Shown here one piece after another: positions 36,057 through 44,134 of a stretch of 51,596 bases of DNA. The notes under the pieces are model-generated. The model was not told the origin of the DNA and ran no database searches. It was given only the letters and a program-made list of their open reading frames with translations. How positions within the stretch are numbered: the stretch's first letter is position 1; each line of letters starts with the position of its first letter. Origin of the DNA: Clostridia bacterium (GTDB lineage Bacteria > Bacillota > Clostridia > Oscillospirales > CAG-272). Position numbers and translations under genes: made by a program. Location: contig JAGANE010000251.1 of the NCBI GenBank assembly GCA_017624395.1, positions 1-51,596 of the forward strand. Reading direction: 5' to 3'.

Positions 36057-37499
36057 TTAAAGCCAATATCTTGCAAATAACACGAAGGTGGTCAAACACA
36101 TCGTGATGAGTGCCGTCATGGAAACGGCATTCTCCAAAAAGCCCTCCACGCGGCGCACCACCTTGAGCTTTTTGAGCAACGGATTGGCAAAAATCAAAAA
36201 CAAAAACAGTGCAATGGGAATAAAGTATCTTCCCTGACCGCCGTAAGCAACGTCACCGCCGACAATGCCCGTCAGGATAGGATTCCACACCGCATACATG
36301 GTGTAGACCGTACCAACCACAAAGACCGTAATTCCCGCCCAAGACAGCACCCGCATATTCCAACGGATCCCCTTAACGGTGGAGACCTCCACCAGAGCGG
36401 TAAAGAACAGCACCATGAAAAAGAGCTTGATGATCATAGCGGGGAAATTGGTATCCAACCAACCGAGAATCCCAAAGAAGCCCTCCAGATAATACCCCGA
36501 AAAATAATCGATGGTGTTAAAAAACATTTTGGGCAAAATTGCGGGGTTCTCTCGGATAAACTGCTGCTGCAACAGCTGAACCTCGCTTGTCACCGTTTCA
36601 CAGTTGGCTGTGATCAGGCGGTTGGCGATCATCGGAACGCCAAAGAACAGAACTGCAAGCCCCGCAACGGCACCCACGCAGGAAAGATAGCGCTTGGTGG
36701 AACCGAATTTTTTGACCGGGATCGCAAGCAACACCAAAATCATCGGTGCATATGCAACCTTGACGCCAATGAGAAACGCCGCCGCAAAGCAGATGGCAAA
36801 AATATCCTCTTTTCCAATTTTGTAATCCTCGTCGGAAAGCAAGATCTTTGTCACGTAGGCAAAGAGCAAAAAGGATGCGGAGATCAGGCAGCCGTCATAA
36901 GACGCGGACGCCGCCTGAAACATCGACATGGGCATCAAAGCCAACAAAAACATGGTTTTGCGCAACACCTTTGTTTTGAGCAACGCCCAACGAACCACGA
37001 TCACATAAAAGATCAGATTTGCAAGCTTTGCCACAAAATAAGAATTAAAGGCATTGAGCGAACCGAGTAAAAAGCGAAGCACAGCAATGGCAAACGCGGG
37101 AACGAGATAAGGCGTGGGATTGAGGGTGGCATCGCCCGTTTTGTAAAACACAAGATCCTCGGTGGGAACGCGTTGTGAGTGTGCCACCATGGAATGAAGA
37201 TCGTGCGTTTTATCGTTGTTGATAAACGCCCCCTCGTAGATCGCCAAAAAATCCAATTCCTCGGCGGTAATATACTAGCCGACCGCTCCGTCCTTGACCT
37301 GCGGAAAAATACTTCCGTGGGAAATGCGGCAGATATTGATAAAATGCTTGTTTTCGTCGGGAATGACGAAGGGGGGCTCGATAAAGATCATCACCAAGCC
37401 AAACAACAACGCCAATATCACAAACAGCTTGACAAGCTTTTGCCCTCTTTCTGCCTCCACGTGTGCTTTTGAAAGCGGCAAACCTTCATTCATCGTCAT
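36057..37499 (-). pseudogene. DUF2142-type polytopic membrane protein (GT-C-like) interrupted by an in-frame TAG
   Basis: Track ORFs 37275..37511 and 36057..37256 share a frame. TAG at 37275-37277 in ...FPQVKDGAVG*YITAEELDFLAIYEG... Start ATG 37499 lies 5 nt after GGAGG. PPFVIPDENKHF motif. Confidence 0.65.
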
Positions 37500-37522
37500 G
37501 AGTTCCTCCAAACATCAGTGCT

Positions 37523-40500
37523 TTAAATCTCAAAATTCTCTTTGATACATACGGCAAGCTCGCTTACGGCATCCGCAAACGGCTCTCCGCCCTTGGCGTA
37601 ATCATTGTCGGCGGCAATGCTTCCGTTTCCGTCATACGCGGCACAGATCTTAAGCAGTGCATCGGCAAGACTACGGGGAGATGCGTCGGCAAGGCAGGTC
37701 ATGTTTTGGTTAAAGGACGAAAGATCCTTGTTTGCATAGCAGTTGGTTACGGTCTTGACACCAAAGGTGGACATTTCCAGCGGCGGGTAGCTCGGGTGCG
37801 GCGACACCATCAAGGAAAGACCCGCATAGGTATCCAGCATGGTATTTGCGTAGCTCTCCAGAGAAAGCTTTCCAAGCGACTGCAAATAGCAGCCGTCACC
37901 GAGATCCACGTCCCCGTGTGCCTCGCCTGCAGAGTAGAGCGTCCACTCCTCAAAATCGGGCTGCGATGCCTTCCAAAGCTTCAGCGTTTCCACCCCCAAG
38001 GCAAAGGCGTTGCGGTCAACCGACGGTCTGCCGTAAACCAAGATCTGCTTTTTCTTGGTGACGGTCTTTTGCTCCTTCGGCAGATATGCCGCAAGCTTTT
38101 TGTTCAGCATCGGCTCAAAATACCATGATTTTGCAAAGGAATAGCCGTTGTGATCAAAAAATTCCTTCAGCAATTTAGAGTTGATAATAGCATAGGTTGG
38201 AGTTGCAAAGCGGTAGGTGCTGTCCGCCATCATATAGCGCGATGACCACGGATAAAATCCCGGCTCGTAATCCTGAATGATATAGATCAGGGGATGCACC
38301 GGCTTTTGGTAGGTTTTTGCCTGCCACTCCATGACGTTGTAAATCGTGTAAGCCGTCCACCAAGCAGTGGTCACAAACACATCACGCTCGCGCACGGGAA
38401 TGGTCTTGTTGGCACGGTCGTTAAATGCAACCAACTGTAAGGGCTCGGAGGAATCGCTTTCGGATTTGACAATGCGATACCCCTCGGGTGCGGTAGAGGT
38501 GGAAGCGATGACGTCGGCATCGGTGGAGATGATGCGTCCGTCACATCCCAGCTGCTTTCGCAGGCTCTCAAAGAGATTCATCGCCGTGGAAATACCGCCA
38601 AACACGTGAGACACGTCCACCGACGGAGTCATAAAGTTAAGACGGAACGACGTATTTCCCGATTTATCCTCTCTTGCATTGATCTCACCGATTTCGGGAA
38701 TGCTGATCTCAGCACAGGGCATCAGCTCACGGCGCAGAGTACGCGCCAACGCCGCAACCGGCGGAATACGCTTTAATACCCTTTTGATACGAATCATATT
38801 CAAGCGAACAACCTCCTCCTTAGGAACCAGAGAATTCAGGTTCAGATTGATATTGTAGTAGGGATCCTTGCCCTCAAGATAAGGATCGTAGCACTGCATG
38901 GAGCGCTTAAAGTCAATGGGCGGGATATAAGAGTTGCGGCTCTTGGATTCCAGATGGAACAGGCGGACGTTGACATCGTAACGGTTATGATAGCCGTACT
39001 CGTAAGCGCGGACACAAAGCTCCACGTCGCTGCCGCAAATGATAAAGCTTTCGTCAAACGGTCCGATATGCTCCAGCTTCTCGCGCGAGATCGCCATGCA
39101 GGCACCTGTGACGGCAAGCACGTTGCGGCTGACCATGGGAGAAATAAAGGGAGAACCGAAATGTGTACATCCCAAGCCCTTGAACACGTGGTCTGCCAGC
39201 TGATTCATACCAACCACAACACCTGCGTGCTGAATGGTCATATCCTCGTACAAAAGCAGCGCGCCAACCACGCCAATGTCGGGACGAAGCGTATTTTCGA
39301 CAAGTCTTTCCAGCCAATCGGGCGAGATCACCAGCGTGTCGTTGTTCAAAAAGACGTAGATCTCACCGCTTGCATTGGCAACGCCAAAATTATTCAGCTT
39401 TGCCCAGTTGAATTCCATATCCGCCTTCAGGACGCGGATGTGGGGATCGACCTTTACGATCTCACGGAACCACTCAAAGGTCTCCAGCTTTTCGGATCGG
39501 TTATCCAACAAAAGGATCTCATAATTGGTATAGGTCGTTTTTTCAAGAATACTGCGCACGCAGGCATCGGTCAAGCCGCACTGATCCTTCATGGGAATGA
39601 TGATCGATGCCTTTGGCGTTTGATCCTGCAACGTGCCAAAGCGCGCATCAAACACAAAGGTATAGTCACTGTCGCACGCCTTAGCTGCATCCCCGTAGCG
39701 ACGCTTGAGATGCGCGTCAAGTGCGCGTCTGCCCGCCTCGTGTGCGTAGGGCTTGGCATCGGCGTTTGCCGCCGTTGAACCGGGACACTCTCTCCACGTA
39801 TAGAGAATAGCAGGAATGTGACAGATCTGATCGGTCACCTCGGAAAGTCGCAGCATCAGATCATAATCCTGACTTCCGTCAAACTCCGAGCGAAAGCCAC
39901 CGATCTGATCAAACAGGCTCTTACGTACCACCGTAAAGTGGCAGGTGTACATCTGGCTATACAAAAGGTCGGGAGACCAATCGGGCTTGAACAGCGGATA
40001 CACATGTACGCCGCGCAACGAAAGATGATCCTCATCGGAATACAGTACGTCGGCATGATTGACAGAAATCGCCTTTGCATTCATAAAAAGTGCAATGGGA
40101 GAAAGCAGATCGTCGTGATCCAAAAGTCCGATATAATCTCCCGTTGCCATTTTTGCACAAGCGTTGGTATTTTCGGAAATCCCCGCATTCTTCTCCAAAC
40201 GCTGATAGCGGATACGCGGATCGGCATCGGCAAATTTTTTGACCACGCGCTCCACGTAGGCATGCGCCTCGTCACTTCCGTCCGCCAGACACAGCTCCCA
40301 ATCGGCGTAGGTCTGTGCGATCACCGATTTGATCATTTCCTTAAGCAGCTTTTCGGGTGTATTGTACAACGGCACAAGAATACTGAACTTAATCTTCTCC
40401 TCAAACACCGTTTTTCGCTGTGCGTCAAGCTCATTTTTATCATAAACGGGAGTCTTGATACCAAGCTTGTTTAAAAGCTTGACTCTGACACGCCGCATCG

Positions 40501-40846
40501 TATAACGAAATCCATTCTGCTTCAAGCATGAAACACCGCCTGCAAGCTTGCGCAGCACGCGGTTTTTCTTACTGATACGCTTTAAAGAGTCAAACATCCG
40601 ACGAAACGGCTTGGTAATCTTCCAAAACTCCGAGTTTTCAACGGTAAAATACTGCTCCTCAAGCAATGCAACACGAGATTGCAGAGCGTTATTCTCGGAA
40701 AGCAGGTCGGCGGAGATACGTCGATACTTCTCCAATTCCGCACGCAATTCTGCAGGGTCATTGGATACCTTGACGCGCTCAAAAGCAGCGTTCAATTCCT
40801 TTTGTGCATCCACGTGTGCGGTACGCTCTTGTTTTGAATCAGGCAT
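37523..40846 (-). CDS. 1107-aa three-module glycosyltransferase: coiled-coil N-terminus, two GT2 domains, WsaF-like C-terminal GT domain
   Basis: FSILVPLYNTPEKLL...DGSD (GT2 number 1). ASIIIPMKDQCGL...LLDNRS (GT2 number 2). The C-terminal ~400 aa begin FRLNFMTPSVDVSHVFGGISTA, resembling WsaF-type rhamnosyltransferases. GGAGGAAG SD. Confidence 0.8.
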   Translation of the reverse strand: MPDSKQERTAHVDAQKELNAAFERVKVSNDPAELRAELEKYRRISADLLSENNALQSRVALLEEQYFTVENSEFWKITKPFRRMFDSLKRISKKNRVLRKLAGGVSCLKQNGFRYTMRRVRVKLLNKLGIKTPVYDKNELDAQRKTVFEEKIKFSILVPLYNTPEKLLKEMIKSVIAQTYADWELCLADGSDEAHAYVERVVKKFADADPRIRYQRLEKNAGISENTNACAKMATGDYIGLLDHDDLLSPIALFMNAKAISVNHADVLYSDEDHLSLRGVHVYPLFKPDWSPDLLYSQMYTCHFTVVRKSLFDQIGGFRSEFDGSQDYDLMLRLSEVTDQICHIPAILYTWRECPGSTAANADAKPYAHEAGRRALDAHLKRRYGDAAKACDSDYTFVFDARFGTLQDQTPKASIIIPMKDQCGLTDACVRSILEKTTYTNYEILLLDNRSEKLETFEWFREIVKVDPHIRVLKADMEFNWAKLNNFGVANASGEIYVFLNNDTLVISPDWLERLVENTLRPDIGVVGALLLYEDMTIQHAGVVVGMNQLADHVFKGLGCTHFGSPFISPMVSRNVLAVTGACMAISREKLEHIGPFDESFIICGSDVELCVRAYEYGYHNRYDVNVRLFHLESKSRNSYIPPIDFKRSMQCYDPYLEGKDPYYNINLNLNSLVPKEEVVRLNMIRIKRVLKRIPPVAALARTLRRELMPCAEISIPEIGEINAREDKSGNTSFRLNFMTPSVDVSHVFGGISTAMNLFESLRKQLGCDGRIISTDADVIASTSTAPEGYRIVKSESDSSEPLQLVAFNDRANKTIPVRERDVFVTTAWWTAYTIYNVMEWQAKTYQKPVHPLIYIIQDYEPGFYPWSSRYMMADSTYRFATPTYAIINSKLLKEFFDHNGYSFAKSWYFEPMLNKKLAAYLPKEQKTVTKKKQILVYGRPSVDRNAFALGVETLKLWKASQPDFEEWTLYSAGEAHGDVDLGDGCYLQSLGKLSLESYANTMLDTYAGLSLMVSPHPSYPPLEMSTFGVKTVTNCYANKDLSSFNQNMTCLADASPRSLADALLKICAAYDGNGSIAADNDYAKGGEPFADAVSELAVCIKENFEI

Positions 40847-40896
40847 AATTCTTCCTCCATCAAATTCGGAAAAAATCTTAAAACATACTCCATATT

Positions 40897-40925
40897 ATTA
40901 TAACACAGTTCACAGACTTTGTCAA
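40897..40925 (-). promoter_or_regulatory. consensus sigma-A promoter of the glycopolymer cluster
   Basis: Minus-strand TTGACA (40925-40920), 17 nt, TGtTATAAT (40902-40897). Confidence 0.7.
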
Positions 40926-40979
40926 CAAAAACAACAAAAATTCAACTTTTGCCAAAGCTTTTAAATAAAAAGTGACAAA

Positions 40980-41020
40980 AAAGCACAAAAAAGCACGCCT
41001 GTCGATCAAACAAACGTGCT
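40980..41020 (-). terminator. intrinsic terminator
   Basis: Stem AGCACG (40992-40997) / CGTGCT (41015-41020), followed on the minus strand by UUUUUUGUGCUUUUUU. Confidence 0.65.
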
Positions 41021-41052
41021 TTGAAAATTTTTTTTCGTTTTTGATTGCCGTG

Positions 41053-41658
41053 TCAGTCTCCGCTTCGTCCCACCAATACACAGTATTCCTCATAGGTGCA
41101 AAGCACTCGCACTGCGGCAAGCAATGCGTTGGGGGTCATGCCCGACGGTAGTCCAAGACGTGCGGCAAATTCATCTCGCCGTCCGACACTTCCCTCGCCC
41201 CCCGTCAGCCCATCACGGTAAAAATCAGCTTTGCAAATGGGATTTTCCAAAATCCGCTCGGCAACGGCATCGGCGTTGGAATATGGCAGCAGCAGGCGGT
41301 AAAGCAGCTCGTTTTCCATGCCCTCCACGCCAAGCACCCCCTCGGCAGAGGGAGCCGTTTTGCGTTTTTCCTTTCCCGCGATCCGCGGAACGTACAGATG
41401 GATCAACCGATCGGGAGGAATGAGAGAGCTGACATGCGAGCGGATCAGCTTTCCCGCGCCATCGCTGTCGGTCAACACAATGATCGGTGTTTTTTGCGAC
41501 AACGCCCGCAAAAGCTGTCTTTTTTCTCCCTTGTTGAAAATTCCAAAGCCATCAGTGGTGAGTATTTGTGCCTCCACCACGTTTTGCAAGCGCAATTTAT
41601 CATAGCGTCCTTCCACAATGATTGGATAAGGAAGCTTCAAACGCTCCCCTGCCGTCAT
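41053..41658 (-). CDS. Toprim domain protein (RNase M5-like, DUF4093-type C-terminus)
   Basis: ORF 41053..41673. ATG 41658 forms an ATGA overlap with the uppP stop. IIVEGRYDKLRL and IVLTDSDGAGKLIR Toprim motifs. Confidence 0.7.
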   Translation of the reverse strand: MTAGERLKLPYPIIVEGRYDKLRLQNVVEAQILTTDGFGIFNKGEKRQLLRALSQKTPIIVLTDSDGAGKLIRSHVSSLIPPDRLIHLYVPRIAGKEKRKTAPSAEGVLGVEGMENELLYRLLLPYSNADAVAERILENPICKADFYRDGLTGGEGSVGRRDEFAARLGLPSGMTPNALLAAVRVLCTYEEYCVLVGRSGD

Positions 41659-42542
41659 CTTCGCACCCACCAAAGAAGCAGCACAAGGATACCCAACGCA
41701 ATACGGTAGATGCCAAACGGTGCAAAGCTATGCTTTTTGACAAAATCCATCAGGAAACGGATTGCCGCCAAGGATACAAGAAACGAGACTAAAAATCCTA
41801 CGGCAAGCACCACCCATGCATCAACGGGGACGCTGACGCCCTGTTCTGCAACCCACGAGCCAAAGCCCAACAGCTTGATTCCACTTGCTCCCACCATGGC
41901 AGGAATTGCCATGAAGAAGGAAAACTCCGCGCCTGCCGTACGGGAAAGCCCCAAGAGCATGGCACCGAGAATGGTAGAGCCGGAGCGCGAGGTTCCCGGC
42001 ACGATGGAAAGCATCTGAAACATACCGATGAAAAATGCGGTCTTGTACGAGATCTGATCTACGCTCTCCACGCGCGCCATTTCACCGTGATGCAATCGCT
42101 CCACCACCAAAAACGCGATACCGTAAACAATGAGTGCGGAAGCAACGACTATCGAATTGTAAAGCCAACCGTCAATGTCACGTCCGCTGAGCTTTTCCAA
42201 AATTTTATCTCCCACGATTCCAACCAGAGCCGCAGGAATGCTTGCAACCAAGACCTTGAACCAAAGGGACCACGTGTTGCGTTTTTCCTCTATACTTTTC
42301 TGTTTGGAAAAGGGCCAAAGCTTACCAAAGAACAGGATCACCACGGCAATGATCGCACCCAGCTGAATCACCACCTGAAACATCTCTCCAAATTCGGCAA
42401 GAAAGGCTTGATCGCTTGTAAAGGCAAAGGGCAACCAATCCTCAATCAGGATCAAATGTCCCGTCGAGCTGATGGGCAACCACTCGGTAATACCCTCCAC
42501 AATGCCATACAGCACCGCCTTCAACCATTCGAGTATGATCAT
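41655..42542 (-). CDS. uppP: undecaprenyl-diphosphate phosphatase
   Basis: 295 aa. VEGITEWLPISSTGHL and PGTSRSGSTI motifs. Confidence 0.9.
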   Translation of the reverse strand: MIILEWLKAVLYGIVEGITEWLPISSTGHLILIEDWLPFAFTSDQAFLAEFGEMFQVVIQLGAIIAVVILFFGKLWPFSKQKSIEEKRNTWSLWFKVLVASIPAALVGIVGDKILEKLSGRDIDGWLYNSIVVASALIVYGIAFLVVERLHHGEMARVESVDQISYKTAFFIGMFQMLSIVPGTSRSGSTILGAMLLGLSRTAGAEFSFFMAIPAMVGASGIKLLGFGSWVAEQGVSVPVDAWVVLAVGFLVSFLVSLAAIRFLMDFVKKHSFAPFGIYRIALGILVLLLWWVRR

Positions 42543-42543
42543 A

Positions 42544-43860
42544 TCAGCAATCTCCTTTCAAGCGGTCTTTTGCTCGGATTTCCAAGCCCTTGCCCGATGC
42601 GGCACGCATAATATCTCCTTCACGCACCTCAAACGGTACACGGCACCAATAAATCATCGATGGGTGCGGCGTTGCATCCAAGGCTTGCCCATCGGGGGCA
42701 TACAGCTCCGAAACAGCAAAGCCCCTGCCGATATGCCCGGGAGAGATCATCTCGGCGCCCTCCCCTGCCGACACCTTATTCCGTTGGATAAAGCGGTAAA
42801 GCCTGCCGTTTTCATTCTCCATCTCAACGCCCGCACTCATGATGGCATCGGCTTCCTCTGTTACATATTCGGTAGCAGTGGAAAAATATGCCTTTTCCCG
42901 CAAATATCCGCAAGCGCTGACCAATTGTGGCTCCTTCATGGGATCGTCAAAGTAAAATCCCGTGCCGTATTCGCGGTGTGAAACGCTTTCCAATTCCTCC
43001 AACCATGCAGGATCAAAGCGATAGCCCGCAGGATCCTCTTGGTACGCGTCAATCGCCATGCGGTAAGCATTTGTCACCACGGCGGTATAATACGCGCTTT
43101 TCATGTGACCCTCAATCTTAAAGGAGGCTATGCCGCTCGCCATCAGCTCGGGAATATGCTCGATCATGCACATATCCTTGGACGACATGATAAAGGTGCC
43201 CACGCCCTCCTGCTGCTCAATCGGGAACGGCATATCGGGGCGCTTTTCCTCCACCAACGCGTAATTCCAACGACAGGGCTGAGAGCAGGTGCCGCGGTTT
43301 CCATCACGCCCGTTAAAGGCGTTTGCAAGCAGACATCTGCCACTGTAAGAAACACACATGGAGCCGTGAATAAACGCCTCCAACTCAATGTCATCAGGCA
43401 ACTCTGCGCGAATACTGCAGATCTCCTCCATCGTCAATTCTCTTGCCAGAACAAGCCGCTTGGCACCCATTGCCGCCCAAGCCCTTGCCGATGCTGGACT
43501 GACAATGCTGGTCTGCGTGGAAATATGGATCTCCATATCGGGAAGAAGCTCGCGGATCGTGGTAAAAACACCAAGGTCGGCAACGATCATCGCGTCGATG
43601 CCCGCCCCCTTGATGTCCTGCAAAAATTTGCGCAGCAAGGGATATTCCTGCACGTGCGGCATGGTATTGACGGTGAGATAAAGCTTTTTGCCGTGGGCGT
43701 GAACGTATTCCACCGCCGCATACAGCTCCTCCACCGTAAAATTATCCGCCGAGGCGCGCATACCAAACATCTGCACCGCGCAATATACCGCGTCCGCGCC
43801 GTAAAGGATCGCCGCCTTTAATTTTTCAAAATTCCCCGCAGGGGATAACAGTTCGGGCAT
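42544..43860 (-). CDS. peptidase U32 family protein
   Basis: 438 aa. N-terminal ELLSPAGNFEKLKAAILYGADAVY and the E..IHGSMCVSYSGRC signature. Confidence 0.9.
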   Translation of the reverse strand: MPELLSPAGNFEKLKAAILYGADAVYCAVQMFGMRASADNFTVEELYAAVEYVHAHGKKLYLTVNTMPHVQEYPLLRKFLQDIKGAGIDAMIVADLGVFTTIRELLPDMEIHISTQTSIVSPASARAWAAMGAKRLVLARELTMEEICSIRAELPDDIELEAFIHGSMCVSYSGRCLLANAFNGRDGNRGTCSQPCRWNYALVEEKRPDMPFPIEQQEGVGTFIMSSKDMCMIEHIPELMASGIASFKIEGHMKSAYYTAVVTNAYRMAIDAYQEDPAGYRFDPAWLEELESVSHREYGTGFYFDDPMKEPQLVSACGYLREKAYFSTATEYVTEEADAIMSAGVEMENENGRLYRFIQRNKVSAGEGAEMISPGHIGRGFAVSELYAPDGQALDATPHPSMIYWCRVPFEVREGDIMRAASGKGLEIRAKDRLKGDC

Positions 43861-43969
43861 AGTTACCTCTCTTTTTTATTCGGGGGCATCCCCGTTCAAT
43901 TGCACAAATCCCTTAGCCGCTTTTTCTTTGCAAAAAGGAGGCGCAAAGAAAAAACTACCAAAAAGAAAC

Positions 43970-44004
43970 GCAAAAAAAGAAATTTCGCGCTCTGCGGAGC
44001 GCGA
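43970..44004 (-). terminator. terminator-like hairpin, one of five consecutive hairpins downstream of aspS
   Basis: Stem TCGCGCTC / GAGCGCGA (43985-44004), followed on the minus strand by AAUUUCUUUUUUU. Confidence 0.45.
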
Positions 44005-44134
44005 GAAGGGCTACGCGCCCTTCACTGCGCGAGCTTTTAAAAAAGCTCGACCAAAACTTTTATCAAGCCGACGGAACCCGTTGGTTTGATCTACAGCCGT
44101 GGGGGACTTAAAAAGTCCCCCAAAAAGCTTTTGA

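Noticed and set aside
36057-37511. Calling 37275-37511 and 36057-37256 as two separate small and large membrane proteins
   Set aside because: They share a frame with coding-like sequence across the TAG. The downstream piece would need a TTG start with no SD. The N-terminal fragment alone is only one TM helix.
43861-44134. tRNA or other known small RNA gene in the aspS-U32 spacer
   Set aside because: The hairpins do not assemble into a cloverleaf with T-loop or anticodon features, and I recognise no Rfam-type conserved core.
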